Assembly (NCBI GenBank): GCA_002269645.1
Contig: NIVC01001200.1
Location: forward strand, 186,001-250,000
DNA length: 64,000 nucleotides
Reading direction: 5' to 3'
Origin: Macrostomum lignano
Lineage: Eukaryota
Shown: piece after piece, positions 31,520 to 43,147 of the stretch
Layout: every line of letters starts with the position of its first letter
Position numbering within the stretch: the first letter of the stretch is position 1
Position numbers and translations under genes: made by a program
The notes under the pieces: model-generated
What the model was told of the DNA's origin: nothing
The model's input: only the letters and a program-made list of their open reading frames with translations
The model's database searches: none

Positions 31520-33952
31520 CAGTCTAACGTAAGGCTTCACCAGATTCGTCTAATCTAGTAATAGATTTAGCTTGTAAGCACTGGAATTTTGCTGACATCG
31601 AAGCGAAAAAAAACAACGGCCTCCTCTCGCTATCCAGCCAGACCAGCTCTACACTAAAGGACAGATAACAAAAGCTGAAGTTCGAAGGCCAAGCCAGCAG
31701 ATTGCGAACGCGTGACACAGTGGACTCGCAGCAATTCTTGGGGGTGATATGGTTGCCTAACAAAAGGACAGAGAAAAATGCTCGAGCGATAACCCTGCCC
31801 CACTCAAACTATGCATTGCTCTTCATTTTGTCAACTAAACCAGTTTGTTTGCTTGACTATAAAATACACTGTCTTGAATAATTTTCGGCAGAGAGAGAGA
31901 TTCGGAGATGTGAGCCTCACACTCATAACAGGGCCCTTAGAGGCCAGTGTGTTAGAAAGTCTTTCTGGCTTGTGGGCAGAAGATAACAGAAAAATCTGGT
32001 AGCTACATAACAGTAGCTACCAGTGGCTCATCTTTCTCGCCAAATTGATGACGGCCTGAGATGAAGCCGAGTTCTGCAGCGTCTGGGTCCTGGGATATCT
32101 TTACATTTGGCCTTGACATAAATTTCGCTCATCGGTGCTATAGATATCTTCTTGATTACTTCCAGTAGGGACGCAACGCGTTTTATCACTCGATGTTGCA
32201 AGCGAAATTCTTCGGTCACTGAATTCTAAGGATTTTCCCGCAATATCTAATTTAATTTTAACGTTAGTAATCCTTCAGCAACATAGAATGGGTGCGTGAT
32301 CTCGCAGTCCCAAATCTGACGCGCAAGCGCAATGCCACTTGGCCTAATAGGTTTGAAATCTGGCCATTTGCGGATCGCATATTTACAGAGCATGGCTTCA
32401 GACTAGGTTTTCTGGATAGAGGTGCTGATATAATTTATTTTCAATAAGACAATTCGAGGCGCCGGTGTCAACTAAAATCTTTTCGCTTAATCCGTTGATC
32501 TGGCTGTCGAGAAATAATCCGGAATTCACTACTTGACTTGATATTTCTGCTTCTATGCTCTTCTCTGACTCTTGCTTCTCTGTTGCTTTCTTAGCTGCCA
32601 CATCTCGCTGGATGGCTGTCTCTAACTTTCTTAATTCCTGCTTCATTTCCCTAAGTTCAGTTCCAAGTTCAGTTCTTGTTGCACTCTTGTCTGGCTCTTC
32701 TTTCGCTGACTCCGCTTGGACTTTCCCAACCAACCATTGGCGCAAGTCCTGCAATGCGTTTTTAAGATCTGATGGCTCTCTTGCTACTTTTGATTCGTCT
32801 GTCGAAGCGTTCTTTCCTTCGACTTCACTAAGTCTCAAGTCTATGCTGCTCAACGCACATCTCTGGGCTACCGCAGCTTCGCTTCGCTTCTCTAATTCTT
32901 CTGTCGATGGCTCTGACTGTCTAGCTAAGTTCGCTGACTTCTGTCTATCGATTTCTGATAATCTTCGTTCCTCTCTTGAGCAATTTTGACACCGACTGCT
33001 CTCTGCTTCCTACTATGAGTAGTATCGTTGGCGCGGATAAATTTTACTGTTACTCTCTGGCGCAGGAAGTTCATAATTTTGTAGTCGTTTGAAATATCAG
33101 TGTTAGTTGCATGAAAGAAAATACATGTATCTCTATTTTTGCTATCTCGTAGGAATCCGTAGCCTCTATAATAATTATACCAGACTAAATTACCATATTC
33201 TACATTCCCTGATCTGACTTGCTGGTCCTCTACTGCTGCAGCTCTTCTATTGGGAGCGAATCGATTCAGTGGTTGGGGGCGGTTGACCCTCCCTTGGTGC
33301 CGCCCCGTTGGTAGTTTAAAGAGTTCCGTCTAGCTGGGCAGTCTCTGGCCAGGTGCCTTTCGTCGGATTCCCAGGGGATTCCCAGCGATCGGAGATTTTA
33401 AAGCCATTAATTACTATTTGCCTATCGCCGGTCGGTGAGTCCTACCAAGATTTCTCCACCAGTCGCAGGTACGGTACAAGTAAATGAATAACACGGTTGA
33501 ACACACTTCCAGATAGATTTAGATTGAGTGATAAGATAATCCTATTCTGATAGAACGGCTGATGCTTATAATAGGTTTGACTCGTGTACTCACGATTAAC
33601 TTGAAATTCACATATCTAAACAATAAGATTCGCAGATTAGCACCTGATAAATAATAGTAATATAATTAACGCAAATCGATGAGCGGATCTCAGCGCTGGA
33701 AGAAGTGAAACGATGAAACCAGAACACGAGACTAGCGGAGAAGCTCCCTACACACCTGGCCTAACCCCAAGGTCCTACTCTCAGAAGAGGACACTGACGG
33801 CCACTGACAGAGGACACTGACAGTTCAGCGAATCCCTGGTCAAATCCTACCACTTTTGCATTTCAGTGAAACACTGCATGGGGCCCTCGGAATCGAGGTC
33901 GCGTACTGTGTCAAATCGACAGCTCCTGTCCAGACCGCGCTTGCCGGCGACA
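31520..33952 (-). mobile_element. Decayed Ty3/Gypsy-like LTR element (LTR, PBS, coiled-coil gag, protease, RT remnant)
   Basis: ILVDTGASNCLI aspartic protease after a coiled-coil. PBS TGGTGGAGAA (33461-33452) resembles the complement of a tRNA-Ala 3' end. TATA-like CTATATAAG in the candidate LTR (about 33462-33952). No 3' LTR found. Confidence 0.65.
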
Positions 33953-34422
33953 AACTCTGAACGAGGTCGTCGCAAATGTTACGCCGGCAAGGCTACTGCG
34001 GTCGGGCAACGCAATAAAATATCGGCCGGGGTCTCGACTCGATAGGCGCCTCAAAGCGCGGCAGATGGCAAAACGGCCGGGAGATGAGAACAAAACCAGA
34101 ACAAAAAGGAGAAGTGGGATCTGACCGCGCCGTCATATATTGTCTCATATATATGATGATCATATACTCGAGTCTCTCCAAACCCCAATCAAGCCGGGTG
34201 GTGGGTGTCTGGCTGGCCGGTCAGTAATCCCAATTGCTGACCCAATCCCAATCCCAATTTGTTAATTTGTATGGTTTAACGTCTGTATCTAAATAAGTCT
34301 CATTGATGGTGATGAGATCGGGGGGAAAACTATTAAAGTCCAGAGCTTCAAGACTGAGTATTATATCAATAGTTTGATGTACACCACATGCTTATCATGA
34401 ATTTTGTATAAGTGTTCCCTTT

Positions 34423-34812
34423 TTGGAACGATGGACCTGTTGACTAACTAGAAGTCTCGGTGGAACCTCGCCTGTTTGCCATCGTCAGTAGTCGCAGCCA
34501 CACGCCATCCTCTCACACCGCTCTCAGTGTGCAAAAGCGTTTCCTTTATGGCGAATCTTTATTCGACCCTGTGAGAGATTTTACGATTCAAATCTTTATT
34601 CGTCTACTTTTCTCAGTCAGTAGTAGAAATTAAATCTTTCACAGGACCTATACTTGTTTGCAGCGACTTGGACCGCTTCCTGAGGACTTTTACTCTTTTA
34701 GTCTGCTAGATTAATAATCCAGCCCAGGGCTTCATCCCTGAAGATGAAAAATGGCATCTATTTTCCAGCTAAATAACACAGCTCCCAAATGCCCGGATAG
34801 GTATTTTATGGT
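34423..34812 (+). repeat. Dispersed repeat of about 400 bp, copy 2, abutting the DIRS-like element
   Basis: See copy 1 at 24522-24922. Confidence 0.85.
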
Positions 34813-35078
34813 TGCGATTTCAGGGGCCGGTTTTAACCGGCTCTGTAATCGTGTTTAGCCGACGGGGCCGCCCCCTCCGCCCGTCTGTGCGTGCGGCCCG
34901 CGCGTGTGCATCCCTGCCGCAAGGTGGGGTGCTGGGTGCCGGCCGGCAGGCGGGGGTGTTGGGTTGGGGGTGGGCGGCGTCGGCCCCCTTTTATTTGTGC
35001 GCTCACGCTCTCTCGTGCGCGCTGCGAGAGCGCTTTGGCTCGTAAAATTTTTTTTGCGACTATCTGGCTCTGGCTATC

Positions 35079-36095
35079 ATGCATCGTGTGGACCGACTAA
35101 CAGTCAAACAACTCAAGAGTGAGCTGGGTAGCCGAGGCCTCTCAACCGCAGGCAATAAGTCGGCCTTGCAAGCCAGACTGAGACAACACGAGGGGCAGTC
35201 ACAGCTTCAAGACGGCGGGACATCGGCATTGACATCGGCATCGACATCGCCCTGTGCGCAGGAGGAGCTCCAAGACCAAGGCCGGGACCCACGGGAGGCG
35301 GACCTGGACGGCGAGATTCGGCGGGCGCAGAAACGGCTGCAGCTCCTAGAGCTTCAAACACGCGAGCGAGAGCTTCGGGAACGCGCCGTCGTGACTGCTC
35401 GTACAGAATCAGGTGAGCAGCAGAATCTTTTCGCTGAACTTATCAACCCAACAGGCCCCGTCAGCGCTAGAGCCAACCCCCGGCCGGTCGGGCAGCCGTG
35501 TCTACTCGTCAGAGACTTTGTCGATGATCTGTCAGGCCAGGCTGACGAGCTGCTCACCAGGGGCAGCTCTGGCGGCCTCGTGCTCAAGAAGTCGACGACC
35601 AAGCTGGACGGCATGACAATTGGGCAGTGGTTCGCCGGCAGTATGAAGGTCCTGCTTCAGATACTTGAAGACACAGCGCCGCAGGTGACCAGCAAGGGCC
35701 AAGTGTACAGCACAACTGAGCAAGTCAAAGATTACGCCCAGTACAATGTCCAGGTGGCCGAGCTATTCGACAGATTCCCAGCGCACCGGGTGATCAGATT
35801 CGACCATGACTACCGCCAGCACCGCGCAGCTAACAGCCTTCGCTGGGGCAAAGACTGCGCCCAGATGTCGATCAGGCACCTGCTCAGCATTAAGACGGAC
35901 CAGTACAACCAGACAGCCAAGCGAAACCAGCCTAGCAACAAGAGCCGCGTCATGGGTCCGCGGACATCCTCAGGCCGCGAGCTGTGCTTGTCCTTCAACA
36001 GCACCAACGGCTGCATGAGGAGCAACTGCCGATTCCTCCATGCCTGCCGAATCTGTGAGGGCAGCCACTCCGAGCAAAATCACGCAAAAAACTGA
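35079..36095 (+). CDS. gag: DIRS/Ngaro-type gag (N-terminal SAP domain, C-terminal CCCH/CCHx zinc finger)
   Basis: LTVKQLKSELGSRGLSTAGNKSALQARL (SAP) and ELCLSFNSTNGCMRSNCRFLHACRICEGSH; directly upstream of a DIRS-type RT. Confidence 0.85.
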   Translation: MHRVDRLTVKQLKSELGSRGLSTAGNKSALQARLRQHEGQSQLQDGGTSALTSASTSPCAQEELQDQGRDPREADLDGEIRRAQKRLQLLELQTRERELRERAVVTARTESGEQQNLFAELINPTGPVSARANPRPVGQPCLLVRDFVDDLSGQADELLTRGSSGGLVLKKSTTKLDGMTIGQWFAGSMKVLLQILEDTAPQVTSKGQVYSTTEQVKDYAQYNVQVAELFDRFPAHRVIRFDHDYRQHRAANSLRWGKDCAQMSIRHLLSIKTDQYNQTAKRNQPSNKSRVMGPRTSSGRELCLSFNSTNGCMRSNCRFLHACRICEGSHSEQNHAKN

Positions 36096-39000
36096 GCAAG
36101 CGCGCCGACACGGCGCGCGAAACCGATTTTACCCCTCCTGCTTTTAACTGCCTCGCTCAGCCCGCTCCCGTGCCCTGCATCGTCAAGCCTCCAGTGCGGA
36201 TGTCCGATCTGACGCAGCCAGTGGGCGATCTCTGCATCGACGCCTGGCGCTCCGAGCTTGTGGGCGACCCCGACGCTGATTTTATTCTCGACGGCATCGA
36301 GAGCGGCTTCTCCATTGTCGATGACTTCGACTTTACGCCGTGTCTCTGCAGCAACTACCAGTCCGTCAACCGGAATCGCGACCAAGTCCAAGCTGTTATC
36401 GGAGAAGAAATCCGGCTCGGTAGGTACGTCCCAGTCGTGGACAAGCCTGCGATGGTCTGTCCGCTGGGAGCCATTCCGAAAGACAGCTCCGGCATCCGGC
36501 TAATCCATGATTGCTCCGTCCCTCGCGGCTGCAGCCTGAACGATCACTATGCCCAACAACGGCGTCTCCGCTTCACCTCCGTCGACGAGGCCGTCAGGAT
36601 GATGCAGCCCGGCTGGTTTATGGCAAAGGTGGACATCGCGTCAGCCTACCGCAGCGTGCCAATTTCTCCGCAGTGCTACCAAGCCACCGGCACCCACTGG
36701 GACTTCGGCAACGGCTGCTCAACCTTCCTGGTGGATACGCGGTTACCATTCGGCAGCAGAGCCTCCGTCAGCATTTTCCATCGCCTCACGCAAGCGGCCC
36801 GGCGAATGATGTGTCGCAAGGGGTTCCTGGCAACCGTCGTTTTCATCGATGACTTCCTCGTCATGGCCAGGACGAAAGCCGAGTGTGACAGGGCCTACCA
36901 CGAGCTGCGCAACCTGCTCACCCGGCTTGGCTTCACCATCAACAAGAAAAACGACCTCAAGGAGTGCGCCGCCCCGCTGGTTGCGATTCTGCAGCACCAA
37001 GAAGCCTTCAGCGGCTGCTCGGTTTCAGTCTACACTGACAGCACCGCCGCCTGCGGCATCATTAACTCGGGTTCCGCCAAGCACCAAGGTATTGCCGACC
37101 TGCAGAAGCGCGTCGACCTGACCTGCATTCAACGCGACATCATCGTCCGCGCGCACCATGTGCCTGGCCGCTTCCAGCTGCTCGCAGACCCGCTGTCCAG
37201 AGCGCATGACCCCAGCCAGCTTGCCAACTTTCTGTTTCGCTTCTATGGCACCTGCTATGTGCCAACCAGCTTGCTTGCCTCCGCTTGCTTAAGCTCTGCC
37301 GCTGCCTCCCACCTTCTGTTTCAGGCCCGCCTCCTGTGGTCCCGGTTCCCGGCCAAGCAGGAGCACTATCCATTGCCGAGGATCGAGGACCTGTTCGCAC
37401 GGCTGGGCGGCGGCTACAAGTGGAGCAAGCTCGACCTGGCCAAGGCGTTTATGCAGCTGCCGATCTCCGAGGATAGCAAGCAGTTCCTCGTCGTCAACAC
37501 CCAGCGAGGACTGTTTCAAGTCAACCGCTTGCCCTTCGGCATCTGCTCAGCCAGCGCCATCTTCCAGCGCGTGCTCGACACCCTGGCGGGGCACCTCGAC
37601 GGTGTTCAAGTCTACCAGGATGACATCTTGGTGACGGGCTCTACATTGGCTGCGCACAAGGCCAACCTGATGCAAGTGCTGCACAAGCTGCAAGAGGCCG
37701 GTCTGCACATCAACGTGACCAAGTGCGCCTTCTTCAGAGATTCGATCGACTACCTGGGTCACCGGATCGACCGTCACGGTTTGCGGCCACTCGCTGACAA
37801 GATCGAGGCCGTGCAGCGTGCGCCGGCGCCGACCGATGTGAGTCAGGTGCGCTCCTACCTGGGCATGCTGACTCACTATGCAAAGTTCCTGCCCAACTTG
37901 GCGTCGGTTGCAGCACCTCTCAACCACCTGCTTACCAAGGGCGCAACTTGGAAGTGGGGCGATCCCGAGGACCAGGCCTTCCGTGCTTCAAAGCAGCTGT
38001 TGCTGGACTCTGGTGCCCTGATGCACTTCAACCCGGACTTGCCTCTTCGGCTGGAGTGCGACGCGTCAGCATACGGCATTGGCGTCGTGCTCAGCCACCG
38101 CGTGAACGGCCAAGACCAAGCGATCGCGTTCGCCAGCAAGTCTCTGACCTCAGCCCAGCGCAATTACTCCCAGCTGGACAAGGAGGCGCTGGCAATCATC
38201 TACGGCGTGCAGCGCTTTCACCAATTTCTTTACGGTCACCACTTCACCATCGTGACGAATCATCGGCCGCTCCTCGGACTGCTGGGCCCGGACAAGGAAA
38301 TCCCGACGCACGCTGCTGCCAGAATGCAGAGGTGGGCCATCCGACTATCGGGCTACCAGTACTCCATGGAGTTCCGGCCGGCCGAGAAGCACGGAAACTG
38401 CGATTCCCTCTCCCGCCTGCCGCTCAAGGGCAACTTCGTCGAAGAAGCCGCGGTGCACTCGCTCACTCTAGAGGACGATTCGAGCGTCGCAGTGACTGCT
38501 GCTGCCATTGCCAAGGCAACTCAAGCCGACACGGCACTGTCAAAGCTGCTGTGGGCCCTGCGGTCGGGACAGGAGCTGCCAGCTAACGACTTCCCGGACT
38601 TCGCCCATCGTCAAGCAGAGCTTTCAGTCGAAGCCGGTTGTGTGCTGATGGGATCTCGCGTCGTTATCCCGGACACCCTGCGCCAGTCGGTGCTGCGGGA
38701 GCTGCATCTGGCACATCCCGGTGCGAGCCGAATGAAGGCCCTCGCACGGAGCTTCGTCTGGTGGCCTGGGCTAGACAAGGAACTAGAGCAGCTCGGGAGA
38801 GAGTGCGACACCTGCAGAGCTCATCAGGCAGACCCAGCAAAGGCTCCAGTGCATCCCTGGCTGTTCCCCAACGAACCATGGAGCCGCCTACATGTCGACT
38901 TCGCCGGCCCAGTCAACGGTCGAATGTACATAGTCATTGTCGACGCCTACAGCAAATGGCCCGAAGTTCGCCTCATCAGCGACACGTCTGCTGGCGGGAC

Positions 39001-39598
39001 CATCGGGCATCTCCGTGACGTATTCTGCAACTTGGGCCTGCCAAGGATTCTCGTCTCCGACAACGGCCCCAGTTCGCCTCTCATGCGTAGCAACGGGATC
39101 CCGCACGTGACTTCAGCGCCCTACCACCCGGCTACCAACGGACAGTGTGCAGGTAATTTCAAGATGGAGTTTTTCGACATTAAACATATTTTTGATCGAT
39201 TTAAAAAGATATTTTCTTTTTGGAAGAGAAAGCTAGACGCATCAAAGTCCAAGTTCTTCACGGAATTCGATGCGTTCGCGGACAAGTTCTTCAAGAACTT
39301 TTATGCGTGCGCGGAGAAGTTTTTCGAGTCCCACGAGTCCCACGAGAAAATTTCGAAGATGAAGCTCAACAGGAATATTTTTGATATGCTGACCAGTAAG
39401 AAAATGTACGACATCAATCCTTTCCAAACTGCCAATAAAAGCAGCAGAAATATCGACTCTGGCTTTCAAGATAAAAAATCAGCCACAGAGATTCAAAATA
39501 ACGAATTTGAGTTTACCCAAAAAACAAACGCCATCGAAAAAAGACATCGGAGAGCAAATGTGATGAATCAACGAAGTTCTAAACGGAATCTTGGGTGA
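36059..39598 (+). mobile_element. pol: Chimeric pol ORF: DIRS/Ngaro RT + partial RNase H, fused to Gypsy RT-RNase H-integrase (truncated) and an unrelated tail
   Basis: DIRS part: PLGAIPK..RLIHDCS, AKVDIASAYR, LPFG, FIDD, YTDS, HHVPG...ADPLSR. Gypsy part: YPLPRIEDLF, DLAKAF, LPFG, YQDD, CDASAYG, NYSQLDKE, H..H..C..C, DFAGP, SDNG, YHPATNG. Frame open from 36059 with no stop. Confidence 0.9.
36086..36118 (+). promoter_or_regulatory. Candidate -1 programmed ribosomal frameshift signal
   Basis: A_AAA_AAC in gag phase, 7-nt spacer, then hairpin GCGCGCCG-ACA-CGGCGCGC; pol lies in the -1 frame. Confidence 0.75.
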
Positions 39599-39757
39599 TG
39601 AGCAATCTCGAAGTGCTAGTGCGAGTTTATCTGACCAGTGATCGCCTTTGTTTGCTGAAATTTGCTGACAAATTTTCCTACATGCACACAAAGCTCTTAA
39701 AGCATGTCCTACCTTGTTTTTAACAAACTTTTCTGGCACCTCTGTTTGAAGATTATG

Positions 39758-40385
39758 GCACCTCTTAGTGTACGGGATGACAGTGTGCAGACTCTGGCAC
39801 CTCTTAGTGTACGGGATGACAGTGTGCAGACTCTGGCACCTCTTAGTGTACGGGATGACAGTGTGTAGACTCTGGCACCTCTTAGTGTACGGGATGACAG
39901 TGTGTAGACTCTGGCACCTCTTAGTGTACGGGATGACAGTGTGCAGACTCTGGCACCTCTTAGTGTACGGGATGACAGTGTGCAGACTCTGGCACCTCTT
40001 AGTGTACGGGATGACAGTGTGTAGACTCTGGCACCTCTTAGTGTACGGGATGACAGTGTGTAGACTCTGGCACCTCTTAGTGTACGGGATGACAGTGTGT
40101 AGACTCTGGCACCTCTTAGTGTACGGGATGACAGTGTGTAGACTCTGGCACCTCTTAGTGTACGGGATGACAGTGTGCAGACTCTGGCACCTCTTAGTGT
40201 ACGGGATGACAGTGTGTAGACTCTGGCACCTCTTAGTGTACGGGATGACAGTGTGTAGACTCTGGCACCTCTTAGTGTACGGGATGACAGTGTGCAGACT
40301 CTGGCACCTCTTAGTGTACGGGATGACAGTGTGTAGACTCTGGCACCTCTTAGTGTACGGGATGACAGTGTGCAGACTCTGGCAC
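39758..40385. repeat. 39-bp tandem repeat, about 16 copies
   Basis: Unit CTGGCACCTCTTAGTGTACGGGATGACAGTGTG(C/T)AGACT. Confidence 0.95.
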
Positions 40386-41107
40386 ATAGGCGCAGTCTGC
40401 AGACACTTCTAACTCTTGATGAGACGTGCGAGCTCCAAGCGGAATGAGAAATACCTTTTAGAAACTTTCATTTTGATAGGCTTCCCTTGAGACCAAAACA
40501 ACCTTTGAGCTCAAAATCTGTTTTTGAATCTATTTGTCAGTATGGAGATCCCTCTAGTCACAGCTAAAAAATTCAAATATTCAATGTAGACAGAAGTTTC
40601 CATTGCGAGCGAATTTTCGAAACAAACGCGAAGCAAGCGTTTAAACAATTTGTCTTTTTGACGCTTTAGCACTTGACTAAACGTTGGTTTCGACTTGTCG
40701 TTCTTCCAAACCTGTGTTTTGCGTACTTTCGTACGTTCGTACTCAGTGCGAAATCTAATATTTACGCATAGGTAAAGTAATTAATAAAAGTATTTAAACT
40801 ACGCCAGCACCGTACTAACGTTTATTCTATTGTTCTGAATATTTCTTCTAATCGAATTATTAAAAACCCAGTAAAGTACAGTTTCACCTTTACAGTAAGG
40901 CTGAGAACCGAATTTGAAAATAAAAAGGAAGTCTTACTATTTTTGAGGCCGCTGGTCTGGCCCAGTAGATGAGACAAGTCGCCTCCGTTATTCAATATCG
41001 GGCTCAATTCAATTAGCTTATTCAATATCGAGGAGAGCACCTCCAGTCCAGAGCAACGACACATAAGCAGTAGCAGTGACTCTCTTAAAATGGATGCTGT
41101 CTGTCTT

Positions 41108-41532
<425 letters not shown>

Positions 41533-42356
41533 GGTAAGCGGCTGAAGGTGAAAGTTCTGTTGGCAAACTGGAAAAGTCTAACAATGCCAAGCTGCGTACA
41601 AATAAATGCATCCGAAACTCTCAAATAACAGCAGAATGAACGTGTCAGAATACGAAGACAAGATTTTTTCTACTTGAAATATTGTTGAATGAACCCAAGA
41701 GTTCTTGACGGCTTGTGCCTAAGCTATTGTGGGTCAAGTGGTGGATATTTTCTGTTCTGACTGGGAAGATTAACTGCGAGTCAAAGGGCACTCGGACCAA
41801 ACTTTCCCCAATTAGCATTGTAATTGTAATTTATCGTACTGAATTCAGAATTTTAACTTTTTCAGTTCCTAAGCCCGGTTGACACTACTGCTAGTAGCTC
41901 CAAGTGTCCAAAATGCTTAAATCAAGATTAAAATGGGCCAAAACCCGCTGTACATTGACCTAGGCGTTCGTGTGTCGAGAAGCCTTGGATCGGTGAACTG
42001 ACTGCTCAAAAGCTTATCAGTGAAACGCTTATTTCTAAACTGAGATTTCAATGCTCGTTGGAGTTTAAGTAAGTTTGCATGCTTGCATGTAGTTTCTAAG
42101 AAATCAATGTTCGAATGCACTGAATATTTTCTGAGATTCGAAGCTCAGAAGGGCCAGATGTTGAATGTCAAAAGGCTAGGTCAAAGGTCAAATGACATAA
42201 CGAATAATATTGGAACGTACAATAGAGTTTAACCTGCAAAAGACCAGACACTGGAGTTACCCGAATGTCACACGCCTAATTCCCTGCGTTGAGCAGTGAC
42301 GGCAGGGTTTTGCAAACCTTAGCCTGGTTTTGACTTCATGCTGGAGCAAGTGCTGT

Positions 42357-42957
42357 TCATCGGTCTAGCATTCTAATTGTACATCAGAACAGAATCGGTT
42401 TATCGGTCTAGCATTCTAATTGTACATCAGAACAGAATCGGTTTATCGGTCTAGCATTCTAATTGTACATCAGAACAGAATCGGTTTATCGGTCTAGCAT
42501 TCTAATTGTACATCAGAACAGAATCGGTTTATCGGTCTAGCATTCTAATTGTACATCAGAACAGAATCGGTTTATCGGTCTAGCATTCTAATTGTACATC
42601 AGAACAGAATCGGTTTATCGGTCTAGCATTCTAATTGTACATCAGAACAGAATCGGTTTATCGGTCTAGCATTCTAATTGTACATCAGAACAGAATCGGT
42701 TTATCGGTCTAGCATTCTAATTGTACATCAGAACAGAATCGGTTTATCGGTCTAGCATTCTAATTGTACATCAGAACAGAATCGGTTTATCGGTCTAGCA
42801 TTCTAATTGTACATCAGAACAGAATCGGTTTATCGGTCTAGCATTCTAATTGTACATCAGAACAGAATCGGTTTATCGGTCTAGCATTCTAATTGTACAT
42901 CAGAACAGAATCGGTTCATAGGTCTATCATTCTAATTGTACATCAGAACAGGGTCGG
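42357..42957. repeat. 43-bp tandem repeat, about 14 near-identical copies
   Basis: Unit TTATCGGTCTAGCATTCTAATTGTACATCAGAACAGAATCGGT. Confidence 0.95.
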
Positions 42958-43147
42958 TTAATTGTCCTCCTTGGTCTTTGCAACCCTGTCATGTGCTTTC
43001 AAGCAGCGTGCTTGTAGCCAGTCATCAACTTATAATGAGAATCGTTTCAGATTAATACTCATACCGGTAAAACTGCCCAGTGAATAAAAAGTAACTAAGC
43101 AATCAATACCTCAAAAACTCAGCTATATGCTAGGATTGCTCAAGTTT

